From the NCBI GenBank assembly GCA_030427445.1, contig JAUIBQ010000003.1:1931-65930 (forward strand): a stretch of 64,000 nucleotides of DNA, read 5' to 3'. Below the pieces are notes generated by a model that worked only from the letters and a program-made list of their open reading frames with translations, searched no databases and was not told the DNA's origin. Source of the DNA: a bacterium. GTDB taxonomy: Bacteria > Patescibacteriota > Saccharimonadia > Saccharimonadales > SZUA-47. Made by a program: the position numbers and the translations under genes. Shown one piece after another: positions 8,669-20,903 of this stretch (the first letter of the stretch is position 1; every line of letters begins with the position of its first letter).

Positions 8669-8681
8669 CTAGGAGAAAGCC

Positions 8682-10598
8682 ATGAATAAAAATTACGCTC
8701 CACAACAAGACCACATACGGGTTGCTGCCGCGACACCAGAAGTCAACATAAGTGATGTTGAAACAAACGTCAGTAGAATTAAACAGCTATACGAGCAAGC
8801 TGTAGAACAACATGTTACTCTTACTACCTTCCCCGAGATGTCTATCACCGGATATACGATTGGTGATCTAGTAATGCAAACCCAGCTTCTCGAAGATGCG
8901 CGCGAAGGTCTCGTTGAGCTCGCTGACCACACGAAAGATAAAAACGGTGCGATGATTGTAGGTCTGCCATTGCAGGTAAGAAATGGGCTGTACAACACCG
9001 CTGCCTTGCTTGCCGATGGAGAAGTAAAAGGAATCGTGCCAAAACTACATCTACCTACGTATCGTGAGTTTTATGAGAAACGCTGGTTTAGCGAAGGACC
9101 AGAAGAGCTTGAAGAAATTGAGGTTGGCGGTCAAACCACGACATTCGGTGCAAACCAGCTTTTTGAAGTAGCAGGTGCAGTTGTGGGTATAGAGATATGT
9201 GAAGATTTGTGGGTAGCGGACCAGAGAAACATACCACTCGTAACAAATGGAGCTGACATCATCGCCAACCCTTCTGCTTCTCCAGAAATCGCGACAAAAG
9301 GTGCATACCGTCGTGATCTCGTATCATTAACTGCCGGTAGAATCGCCGCTGGATATATCTACTCTGGAGCTGATCCAAGTGAATCAACAAGTGATATCGT
9401 CATGAGTGGTCACGCGCTTGTAAACGAGTTAGGTCGTCCGCTTGCAGAGCGCAAACCGTTCGATTTTAAAGCAGATCGGCTGACCATTGCTGACATTGAC
9501 CTCGGACATATTCGCTACCAACGAAGATTAGACAGCAACTTCCCTCAAGAAAGAAATTTTGCCACGCAAACGACTGAAGTCACCCGCACACAAGACACAC
9601 TGCAAAAAACAATTGACCCAGATGTGTTCATCCCGAAAGGCACGAGTGAAGAAGTCGCTGAGCGGCTTGAGGAAATCTTAACTATCCAAGCAGCTGGACT
9701 TAAAAAGCGCCTAGAGCACATCGGAGCTGAGCGAGTTATACTAGGCCTCTCAGGCGGGCTTGACTCTACACTTGCCCTACTGGTTGCTCTCAAGACAGCT
9801 CAGCTTATGGACAAACAGCCTGGCGACATCATAAAAACGCTTACCATGCCTGGTATGGCCAGTAGCGATCGCACTCAGAGCAACGCAACACGACTTGCCA
9901 ATAGTCTAGGCATCCCAAACGAAGAAATCCCTATCAGCTTCCTCGCGCAACATCAGCTTGAAGCCATCGGCCACGACACGCAAACACAAGATGTAACGTA
10001 CGAAAACACGCAAGCGCGACTTCGCACCAGCTTGCTGTTCAACAAGGGAAACAAAGAAAAAGGTATCGTGCTAGGCACGGGTGACTTGAGCGAAATCGCA
10101 ATCGGCTGGAGCACATACAATGGTGACCATATGTCAGGATACAACGTAAATGGGTCTATACCTAAAACACTCGTGCGACATCTTGTGGCTCATGGTCGAG
10201 ACACACTCGTCGATAACCAAGTGGCATATGAAATCTTGAGCGACGTACTGGATACGCCTATTTCTCCTGAGCTCACCAATGAAGTTGATGGTAATATCTC
10301 TCAGCATACTGAAGATATCATCGGACCTTACGAGCTTCACGATTTCTTCCTCTATTACCAAAATAGATGGGGTGATGCGCCCGCAAAAATTGCTTATCTA
10401 GCAAAGGCTGCGTTTGGTGAAAAATACGAAGCTGAGGAAATCGAAAAGTGGCTAGGAGTATTCACGACTCGCTACTACGGTAACCAATGGAAGCGCAACG
10501 CAATGCCAGACGGACCAAAAGTCGACACAGTCTCAATGAGCCCAAGGGGCGATTTACGGATGCCGGCAGATGCAACTCTCCCACAAAGCATGCTATAG
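8682..10598 (+). CDS. nadE: Glutamine-dependent NAD+ synthetase (CN-hydrolase domain plus NAD synthetase domain)
   Basis: 638-aa ORF. The N-terminal nitrilase-like domain contains ICEDLW. The C-terminal PP-loop is GLSGGLDS. AGGAG lies 7 nt upstream of the ATG. Confidence 0.9.
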   Translation: MNKNYAPQQDHIRVAAATPEVNISDVETNVSRIKQLYEQAVEQHVTLTTFPEMSITGYTIGDLVMQTQLLEDAREGLVELADHTKDKNGAMIVGLPLQVRNGLYNTAALLADGEVKGIVPKLHLPTYREFYEKRWFSEGPEELEEIEVGGQTTTFGANQLFEVAGAVVGIEICEDLWVADQRNIPLVTNGADIIANPSASPEIATKGAYRRDLVSLTAGRIAAGYIYSGADPSESTSDIVMSGHALVNELGRPLAERKPFDFKADRLTIADIDLGHIRYQRRLDSNFPQERNFATQTTEVTRTQDTLQKTIDPDVFIPKGTSEEVAERLEEILTIQAAGLKKRLEHIGAERVILGLSGGLDSTLALLVALKTAQLMDKQPGDIIKTLTMPGMASSDRTQSNATRLANSLGIPNEEIPISFLAQHQLEAIGHDTQTQDVTYENTQARLRTSLLFNKGNKEKGIVLGTGDLSEIAIGWSTYNGDHMSGYNVNGSIPKTLVRHLVAHGRDTLVDNQVAYEILSDVLDTPISPELTNEVDGNISQHTEDIIGPYELHDFFLYYQNRWGDAPAKIAYLAKAAFGEKYEAEEIEKWLGVFTTRYYGNQWKRNAMPDGPKVDTVSMSPRGDLRMPADATLPQSML

Positions 10599-11280
10599 TG
10601 ACACTATGTACGAAACCGAGTATGTTCCACCTACAGTAACTGTCGACGGTGTGATATTTCAAATCATTGACGGCGTACTGTATGTCGCATTGATTAAGCG
10701 TAGCGCTGAACCGTTTAAGGATAGCTGGGCTCTACCTGGAGGCTACAACGCCGCAGGTGAGACGACGCTTGAAGCACTTGAGCGCATCGTGAAACGTAAA
10801 GCTGGTATATCTATCAAAAAACAGACAAAGTTTGCTGAACAGCTATTTACGTTTGACACCGTAGCACGAGATCCACGAGGCCATGCGGTATCAGTAACCT
10901 ATATGGCTTGCGGGCTCGATATTTCTCCGCAGAACTCGTCAGAGCAAACACAGTTTTTCCCTGTAGATAACTTGCCAAAACTTGCGTATGACCACAAAGA
11001 TATCATTACGTACGCTCATGAACGACTTATTTCAAAGCTAAGCTACACAAATGTAGTTTACTCATTGTTGCCAGAGAAGTTCACGATGACAGCACTGCAG
11101 ACAGCCTACGAAGCAGTGTTCCAGCGGGAGCTAGATAAGAGAAACTTCCGGAAGAAGTTTGCACAACTCGACTTAATTAAAGAAACAGACGAGATGTTTA
11201 AAGAAGGTGCACACCGCCCTGCTCGGCTTTACACGTTTAAACAAAATACGCTCCAAACGCTTGTCAGGAGCTTTGACTAG
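10570..11280 (+). CDS. nrtR: NrtR-family transcriptional regulator (N-terminal Nudix-like domain plus C-terminal winged HTH)
   Basis: Nudix-fold N-terminal half (VIFQIIDGVLYVALIKR...WALPGGY). The C-terminal half, LQTAYEAVFQRELDKRNFRKKF...RPARLYTF, is typical of NrtR wHTH domains. The probable true start is the ATG at 10606 (MYETEY), 7 nt after the nadE stop. Confidence 0.75.
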   Translation: MQLSHKACYSDTMYETEYVPPTVTVDGVIFQIIDGVLYVALIKRSAEPFKDSWALPGGYNAAGETTLEALERIVKRKAGISIKKQTKFAEQLFTFDTVARDPRGHAVSVTYMACGLDISPQNSSEQTQFFPVDNLPKLAYDHKDIITYAHERLISKLSYTNVVYSLLPEKFTMTALQTAYEAVFQRELDKRNFRKKFAQLDLIKETDEMFKEGAHRPARLYTFKQNTLQTLVRSFD

Positions 11281-12244
11281 CAATTAACTGAGCGAAGGCT
11301 TTTCCAGCTGTAACTAATCTTTCACTCTGCTGAAGCTGAGTGATGTCAACTCCAGGATCTTCATCAGGATGCTCACATACCCACATACCTGCGATTAATG
11401 CCGCTGTACTGTCAGTATCCCCGCCTTCAGCTATAACTGCATCGATAAGCTCGTTGAATGGCGCACCTCTATTTCTGTCATAAGTCGCATATGCTACTGC
11501 TTGCACACACCACGATGCGAAAGACTCTTCAATATCATCATAGACATCATTTCCTAAATCGTGAGAGCGAATAGCCCGTGCAATTTTGCTATGTAGTGTC
11601 GATACTTCGTCAAAACGTTTCGTATGAGCTTCAGAAGCATACCAAGCGATATTTGACAGTAGCCTGTCATCATCACCCTTTATCAGTGTACGTAATATAT
11701 CTGCATGTGTTCTCGCATGAGCCATGCTCTGAAAATTACAGTGTGTGAGAGTTGTTGAATCATACACTGCGTGTAATCCGATATCTCTAGCGTCTGTACT
11801 GTTCGGGTTATGCTCATTAAAAATAACTAGTGGAGTCAGCCTCATAAGCGGTCCACAACCCATGGATTCTTCTTCACCTAGCCTAGCAAGATCACGCTTT
11901 GACATCGTTTCATCTACTTTTTCAATTGCTCGTTTCGTCGCACCACCCCAACCAGCATCCGACGTATCCATTTCAGTTCGTAGCCTATGTGCAAGATTCA
12001 TTAAGTTGAAACTTCTCGCAGTTGCAAGACTCTCCATCATCGCAAGTGTGTGCTGGGTGTCATCACTCCACGTGCCGACAGGCATACCTTGAAAATCAGG
12101 GAAATCTGGAGAGTGTACATCTGGTGCAATAAGCTCTGAAACCACGCCACCCAATTCCTCTATTTGCTGCTTTGTCTTTGCCTCATACGGTAAACCCTTT
12201 GCGTCTGCATATGCAGTTGTTGTTGCCAGATGATCATACTTCAT
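11264..12244 (-). CDS. ADP-ribosylglycohydrolase family protein
   Basis: 326-aa ORF with WSDDTQHTLAM near the N-terminus and GGDTDSTAALIAG near the C-terminus. These are the two metal-binding signature regions of the ARH/DraG family. The start overlaps the upstream gene stop by 4 nt. Confidence 0.75.
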   Translation of the reverse strand: MKYDHLATTTAYADAKGLPYEAKTKQQIEELGGVVSELIAPDVHSPDFPDFQGMPVGTWSDDTQHTLAMMESLATARSFNLMNLAHRLRTEMDTSDAGWGGATKRAIEKVDETMSKRDLARLGEEESMGCGPLMRLTPLVIFNEHNPNSTDARDIGLHAVYDSTTLTHCNFQSMAHARTHADILRTLIKGDDDRLLSNIAWYASEAHTKRFDEVSTLHSKIARAIRSHDLGNDVYDDIEESFASWCVQAVAYATYDRNRGAPFNELIDAVIAEGGDTDSTAALIAGMWVCEHPDEDPGVDITQLQQSERLVTAGKAFAQLIASQSS

Positions 12245-13116
12245 GCTGCCGTCTCCTCTCGAGTTAATGGTGGGCTTAGTTTTAATCTTTCACTAATATC
12301 TATGACATTAAGCAGTCGCTTCTCGTTGATATTCGTCCATTGCCCACCATTTGGAGATTGTTCAAGCTTCGGTGCCGTAATCATTCTCTCTTGTTTAACT
12401 AAATCTATATCATAAGGGTACACCATCCTCATCCAAGATAAATACTCTCGTACATCATTTGGGTTTTCGGGGTTACGCCTTGTGTACTCGATAATTGAAC
12501 AGTTTTTCATGTCTTGTGACTTATCGTTATCAAGTGCTACCAACTCTTCAGGAAGCATTCGCTCGATTAAATAACGATTTACAGATATAAATTCACCATG
12601 AGCAACAACGAGTACGCTCCCATCAGATACATCTCGGTGATACGTACCAAACGTATCACGTGCTCGCATCTGTACATCCGACAAGCTCTCAGCCCCATTC
12701 AACCCAGCGTAGAATGGGTTATTTTCTTGTGCGGTTACTGCAAACGGGAATTTTATTTTCCGTTCATCATACGGCGTCGCACCATACTCACCCCAATCGC
12801 GCTCACGAAAGCGATCATCGATATACCAATCTATCTTCGCTAGTCCACAAATATGTAATGCTGTCTCAGAAGCGCGCTGAAATGTAGATGCGTACCTCCT
12901 ATCAAAATCTTCAATCGGCATGATATTTTCACGAATCCACCTCCCCGCCATCTTTGCTTGCACGATACCCATAACTGAAAGTCGTTGCTCCCAGTCTGGT
13001 CGTGCATAGACTTCGTCATGATTTGGATGAATCTCGCCTTCTCGTTCTGCTTTATGTACGAGGTTCGCTTCAGACTCACCATGTCTCACGAATACTAATC
13101 TCTCTGGCATACTCAT
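12241..13116 (-). CDS. Histidine phosphatase family protein (phosphoglycerate-mutase-like)
   Basis: 291-aa ORF with LVFVRHGESEAN (the RHG catalytic motif) and a later VVAHGEF. It has a ~90-aa C-terminal extension with no recognisable motif. Confidence 0.7.
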   Translation of the reverse strand: MSMPERLVFVRHGESEANLVHKAEREGEIHPNHDEVYARPDWEQRLSVMGIVQAKMAGRWIRENIMPIEDFDRRYASTFQRASETALHICGLAKIDWYIDDRFRERDWGEYGATPYDERKIKFPFAVTAQENNPFYAGLNGAESLSDVQMRARDTFGTYHRDVSDGSVLVVAHGEFISVNRYLIERMLPEELVALDNDKSQDMKNCSIIEYTRRNPENPNDVREYLSWMRMVYPYDIDLVKQERMITAPKLEQSPNGGQWTNINEKRLLNVIDISERLKLSPPLTREETAA

Positions 13117-13150
13117 GATTTTTACTCCTTACATCCAATAAAATTTATAA

Positions 13151-13171
13151 TTAGTGTTGACATTACACTAA
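13151..13171. promoter_or_regulatory. NrtR-type operator box 3
   Basis: TTAGTGTTGACATTACACTAA has perfect 7-bp palindromic arms around N7. It contains TTGACA (13157-13162), a candidate -35 for pncA. Confidence 0.65.
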
Positions 13172-13192
13172 GTAAGATATACCATATACTTG

Positions 13193-13213
13193 TTATTGTC
13201 AATATGACACTAA
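13193..13213. promoter_or_regulatory. NrtR-type operator box 4
   Basis: TTATTGTCAATATGACACTAA has one arm mismatch. Its reverse strand carries TTGACA, a candidate -35 for the divergent phosphatase operon. The box centre is 42 bp from the box 3 centre. Confidence 0.6.
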
Positions 13214-13231
13214 GTAATAAGGAGGTTTGTC

Positions 13232-13900
13232 ATGAACAATAGAAAAAACACAGCACTAGGAATCATCGATGCGCAGAGAGGGTTTATGCCTGCTGCTGAA
13301 GGTGAGCGACTCGGTTTAGATGGGTTTGGTGAGCTGCCCGTACCAGATGGAGATACCGTGGTCTCCGCCCTTCAACCACTTATTCGTACACTGATGTCTG
13401 ATGAAACAGCAGTCGTCTTCACCACTCAAGATTGGCACCCAAATGGTACAGCTCACTTCGACGAGCAACCAAACTTTAGAACTACGTGGCCAACTCACTG
13501 TGAGCAAGACACCGACGGTGCAAAACTTCATCCCCACCTTGAAGGCGTGACAGCAAATGCCTTTTATAAAGGTGATGAGGTGCTTGCTAGAGGAGAGGAT
13601 GACACAAGTTATAGCGGATTTAACGCTAGAAGTTTTGAGGACGACACTGCCCTTCCTGAATTCCTGGAGAATAAAGATGTCCGTACGTTAATAGTCGCGG
13701 GGCTAGCATTAGATTACTGCGCTAAAGCAACTGCAATCGATTTCAAAACGAAAACGAACATGGACGTCGTGGTACTGACAGATGCGACAAAACCCGTTGC
13801 AGAAGAAACTGGCAAACTCGCTGTTGCAGAAATGCTTGAGCTTGGCATCCGATTCATGACCGTCGAAGAAGTCATCCAAGAGCTAGAAATGGAGGGTTGA
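13232..13900 (+). CDS. pncA: Nicotinamidase (isochorismatase family)
   Basis: 222-aa ORF with GIIDAQRGF (catalytic Asp region), QDWHP (metal site) and LALDYCAKAT (catalytic Cys). GGAGG lies 7 nt upstream of the start. Confidence 0.85.
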   Translation: MNNRKNTALGIIDAQRGFMPAAEGERLGLDGFGELPVPDGDTVVSALQPLIRTLMSDETAVVFTTQDWHPNGTAHFDEQPNFRTTWPTHCEQDTDGAKLHPHLEGVTANAFYKGDEVLARGEDDTSYSGFNARSFEDDTALPEFLENKDVRTLIVAGLALDYCAKATAIDFKTKTNMDVVVLTDATKPVAEETGKLAVAEMLELGIRFMTVEEVIQELEMEG

Positions 13901-13901
13901 G

Positions 13902-15164
13902 ATGGAAACGCTAGCTCAACAAAACGAACAAACACCTACGATTAGTACAGGGCTCGACTACTACAAGCCAACAATGAGTCAGGTTCAGTTTCTTAAACAC
14001 CCAAACGCCGATGTCTCTTTCACCTTAAAAAACAGGGGTAAAAACCGTCTTGCAGATCATGTTGATGTAGATGAGCTGACTACGAGGCTCGGTGAATTTG
14101 CACTTGGATGGCAAGATGTCGAAGTTGAATACCTTGCAACTCATGAACGACGGGACGGACAGCCTTTATTTGATGCCTGCTTCCTTGACTACTTGCGAGA
14201 AAATCAGCTTCCGCCAGTTGATGTACGCGTCGACGATGAGACGGATGACATCTCAGTAGAAACAACCGGCAAATGGCCACTTGTCACATTTTGGGAAACT
14301 GTCGTTATGAGCGAAATTAATGAACTATACTTTGAAGACTACATTGCGAGGAACGGCATAGACAAAGAAGAGCTGTTTGTTGAAGGCAATCGTCGACTAA
14401 CTGAGAAAATTGAACTTCTAAAATCACGCCCTGATATAAAATTTGCTGAGTTTGGTACACGACGGCGATTTAGCAGAGAGTGGCAGCGACACGTAGTTGA
14501 GCGGCTAAAGAACGAGTGTCCAGACAATCTTATCGGTACATCAAATGTAGCATTAGCCCAAGAGTTTGATCTCATGCCTATCGGAACTTACGCTCATGAG
14601 ATGCCAATGGTCTACGGAGCACTTGCTCAAAATGAAGACTACAGCCCGTTAGCCGGGCATGCATGGATGATGCGCGACTGGGAAGAAGTCTATGGAGACA
14701 ACCTATCAACTGCACTAACCGATACATACACTGATAACTTTTTCTTCGCTGAATTCACAGAAGAACAAGCAAAGCACTGGGCCGGCCTTCGACATGATTC
14801 TGGAGATCCTATCGCATTCGGTGAGAGAGTTATCGACTTTTACCACAGTCAGGGCATTGATCCAACAGAAAAGACAATCGTTTTCAGCGATGGACTTGAT
14901 ATGGAGACAATCCTCGAGATTGCTGATCATTTCAAAGACCAAGTGAACATCATATTCGGCTGGGGCACCACACTGACAAATGATTTAGGCTTAAAACCAA
15001 ACAACATCGTCATGAAAGCCACAGAAGCTGACGGCACTGGGACGGTGAAACTAAGCAACGAACCCGGTAAACACACTGGGGCCCCTGAAAATGTAGCAAG
15101 ATATCAGTTAGACGTCGAATATCGTAAACAAGCTCCAAAAAAGAAAGAACGGGTCGCAGTATGA
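13902..15164 (+). CDS. pncB: Nicotinate phosphoribosyltransferase
   Basis: 420-aa ORF with FGTRRRFS and HSGDP-type motifs. It starts 2 nt after the pncA stop. Confidence 0.85.
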   Translation: METLAQQNEQTPTISTGLDYYKPTMSQVQFLKHPNADVSFTLKNRGKNRLADHVDVDELTTRLGEFALGWQDVEVEYLATHERRDGQPLFDACFLDYLRENQLPPVDVRVDDETDDISVETTGKWPLVTFWETVVMSEINELYFEDYIARNGIDKEELFVEGNRRLTEKIELLKSRPDIKFAEFGTRRRFSREWQRHVVERLKNECPDNLIGTSNVALAQEFDLMPIGTYAHEMPMVYGALAQNEDYSPLAGHAWMMRDWEEVYGDNLSTALTDTYTDNFFFAEFTEEQAKHWAGLRHDSGDPIAFGERVIDFYHSQGIDPTEKTIVFSDGLDMETILEIADHFKDQVNIIFGWGTTLTNDLGLKPNNIVMKATEADGTGTVKLSNEPGKHTGAPENVARYQLDVEYRKQAPKKKERVAV

Positions 15165-15871
15165 AAGAGAAACTAACTGAGCGACGTGAAGCAATGAGAG
15201 AACATTGCCTCGAGATAATCGAACAGTCGTTAGCTGATTTCGACCCGTACGAAACAGAGCGATACAGTGGAGATGCGTCTACTGTTCCTGACGGGCCTTG
15301 GAACGTAGGGTCAAAGGAACCAATCTCGCCAAAAATAAAAGACAACTTAAGTGACTATGGGTGCCATTTTGATGATGAGTGTAAGCCAATTCACCCGTGG
15401 ATAGATGGTCTTTTAAAAACTACTGGAGTGGCTACAGGGACCGGACAATACTGGAACTGGGGGCCAAACTACACAGCTGACCCTATCGTCATCGCTAACT
15501 TAGATGATCCGCAGCTATTGCTAATAAAAAGAAGGAATAATCTCAAATGGGCTTTGCCGGGTGGATTTCTCGAACATGGTGATGATGCCGAAATGACAGC
15601 TCGAAAGGAAGCAAAACAAGAAAGCGACCTAACTCTTCCAGTGTACGAAGGGCTGGTTGTTTACGATGGGATAGTTGCTGATGAGCGAACAACTGCTCAT
15701 GCGTGGGCTCACACAACTGCCCTGCTCTGGATATTGGATGAAACTGTTGACGTAGTAGGGGGTGATGATGCTCTCGATGCTCAATGGTTCGATGTCAAGG
15801 AGCTCCCTAAACCACTCCATGGCTCTCACCAAAAACTAATTGAATTTGCGCTGCAGGATATAGGACTATGA
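15161..15871 (+). CDS. Nudix hydrolase, NUDT9-like ADP-ribose pyrophosphatase
   Basis: 236-aa ORF. YWNWGPNYTADPIVI resembles the WGPNxxADP signature of NUDT9-type ADPRases. The Nudix box is GGFLEHGDDAEMTARKEAKQES. There is a 4-nt overlap with pncB. Confidence 0.7.
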   Translation: MKEKLTERREAMREHCLEIIEQSLADFDPYETERYSGDASTVPDGPWNVGSKEPISPKIKDNLSDYGCHFDDECKPIHPWIDGLLKTTGVATGTGQYWNWGPNYTADPIVIANLDDPQLLLIKRRNNLKWALPGGFLEHGDDAEMTARKEAKQESDLTLPVYEGLVVYDGIVADERTTAHAWAHTTALLWILDETVDVVGGDDALDAQWFDVKELPKPLHGSHQKLIEFALQDIGL

Positions 15872-16809
15872 TCGAGCGACTGCCTAATCACCAACAAGCG
15901 TTCCTGGCCAATCGCTATCCAGAATTATCTGAACACCCTGATGACTCTGGTGGGCATATGGCCTACCATCGTTTGCTCTTGGCTCATCCTGAGTCTGATG
16001 AATCAGTATTCATCAAAGCTCACGACCCATCACTTCTTAGAGAAAAGTGGAGACAAGCGGAGATGTTGGCTTTCCTAGAAAAAGAAGCAAGAGTGTATGA
16101 ACATCTGAGGGGTCACCAGTTTTCTCGTATTCCTGAGTATATTGAATTTGATGAAAACATACTCGCATTGAGCGGGATGAGTGTCTCAAATGGCTGGTAT
16201 TGGCGAGCTCCGGCTGATGAACTGATGCAAGCCCACTACGTCCAAGATGTACTTACAGCTCTAGATGAACTCGAGCCACTTACGCCTCATACGCCTGAAG
16301 CAGGAGACGAAATCTCCATCGATATTTTCTATAATAACGGATGGGATATCCTCCGCAACACAGACGCAGACGAACTCGTTGAAACAAATATTGCACGCTG
16401 GGGCAAGGATCTACACCCAGAGACGGCACCACTGGCTCGGAGTCTCGTTGCGAACATTTCAGACTTCTCATTAAAACGAGCTGGAGTCATACCTACTGCA
16501 TTCAATCATCATGATGCGCGTCAAGCAAATATCGCTTGGCATCCCGAACACGGAGCTAAAATCGTCGATTGGTCATGGGCAGATGCTGGACTAAGTGGTG
16601 GCGACAAAACAATGTTCCTACTCGATCTTCATAAGTCAGATATAGATGTAACACCCTACATTGGTTACATAAATATTGACTATGCGAAGCTGGTGTTAGG
16701 CTATTGGCTCGCCCGTAGCAACACCCAGCACATGGAAGGTAACCATCAAGTCCGTATGCAACAATTTATCAGTGCAGTAAAAGCAAGTGAGTTGCTAGCT
16801 CAGTTTTAA
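15868..16809 (+). CDS. Phosphotransferase (APH/choline-kinase fold), substrate unknown
   Basis: 313-aa ORF with the catalytic-loop-like HHDARQANIAW and the metal-binding IVDWSWAD. There is a 4-nt overlap with the Nudix gene. Confidence 0.6.
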   Translation: MIERLPNHQQAFLANRYPELSEHPDDSGGHMAYHRLLLAHPESDESVFIKAHDPSLLREKWRQAEMLAFLEKEARVYEHLRGHQFSRIPEYIEFDENILALSGMSVSNGWYWRAPADELMQAHYVQDVLTALDELEPLTPHTPEAGDEISIDIFYNNGWDILRNTDADELVETNIARWGKDLHPETAPLARSLVANISDFSLKRAGVIPTAFNHHDARQANIAWHPEHGAKIVDWSWADAGLSGGDKTMFLLDLHKSDIDVTPYIGYINIDYAKLVLGYWLARSNTQHMEGNHQVRMQQFISAVKASELLAQF

Positions 16810-17346
16810 ACTTTTCAAAAATTTAGCAATTTGGTCAAACGGCTTCACTTTTTTATAGTAGACTTCAAATTCTTCTTCTGTCATTTCAGCCATAGTTTTT
16901 TCTGAACCATTTGGTTGAAACACCGAGTTCCACCCAAAGTCGCTCTCCCCTCGTGGTGATTCCACTATCACGCCCTTGAGAGATGACTCAAAAACCTTCA
17001 ATGTTTTTCCGTCATAGTATGCAATAGCTGCTCCAGCAGTCGCGGATTTATCTTCATAATTCTTTACCAAATTACACAATCCTGACGGGCCTAATTCTTC
17101 CAAAAAGAATTTTATGAATGGCCCTGGTAATTTACCGAGTGCATGAAAAGTCAGTCTCGTATCCTCAACAATCACAGGAACTTTCAAGTTTCTATATGCT
17201 GCCCTGACCTTATGCTCAACGATTTCAGTGAGATCCAAGCTTTGTATCTCATCCACATCAGCTTTCTTGTGTGGGATGTCTATCCCCACCATTTTCGAAA
17301 AGTATTTTGCTTTATTAGCATTTCCTGTGACGTAAACTACATTCAT
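16795..17346 (-). CDS. rdgB: Non-canonical purine NTP pyrophosphatase (RdgB/HAM1/ITPase family)
   Basis: 183-aa ORF with VTGNANKAKYF at the N-terminus, then EDTRL...LPGPFIKFF. This is ITPase-like. Confidence 0.7.
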   Translation of the reverse strand: MNVVYVTGNANKAKYFSKMVGIDIPHKKADVDEIQSLDLTEIVEHKVRAAYRNLKVPVIVEDTRLTFHALGKLPGPFIKFFLEELGPSGLCNLVKNYEDKSATAGAAIAYYDGKTLKVFESSLKGVIVESPRGESDFGWNSVFQPNGSEKTMAEMTEEEFEVYYKKVKPFDQIAKFLKSLKLS

Positions 17347-17351
17347 ACTAT

Positions 17352-20899
<3,548 letters not shown>

Positions 20900-20903
<4 letters not shown>

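Noticed and set aside
10595-10607. Palindrome ATAGTG-A-CACTAT spanning the nadE stop and the probable nrtR ATG, with arms resembling the operator arms.
   Set aside because: It lacks the N7 spacing of the four clear boxes and sits inside coding or junction sequence. It is likely coincidental or at most a weak half-site.
11264-11280. Convergent 3'-end overlaps (nrtR with the ADP-ribosylglycohydrolase gene, 17 nt; 44821-44847, 27 nt; 16795-16809, 15 nt) considered as antisense regulation.
   Set aside because: Short convergent overlaps are common in compact genomes. Nothing in the sequence (no conserved structure or repeat) singles them out.
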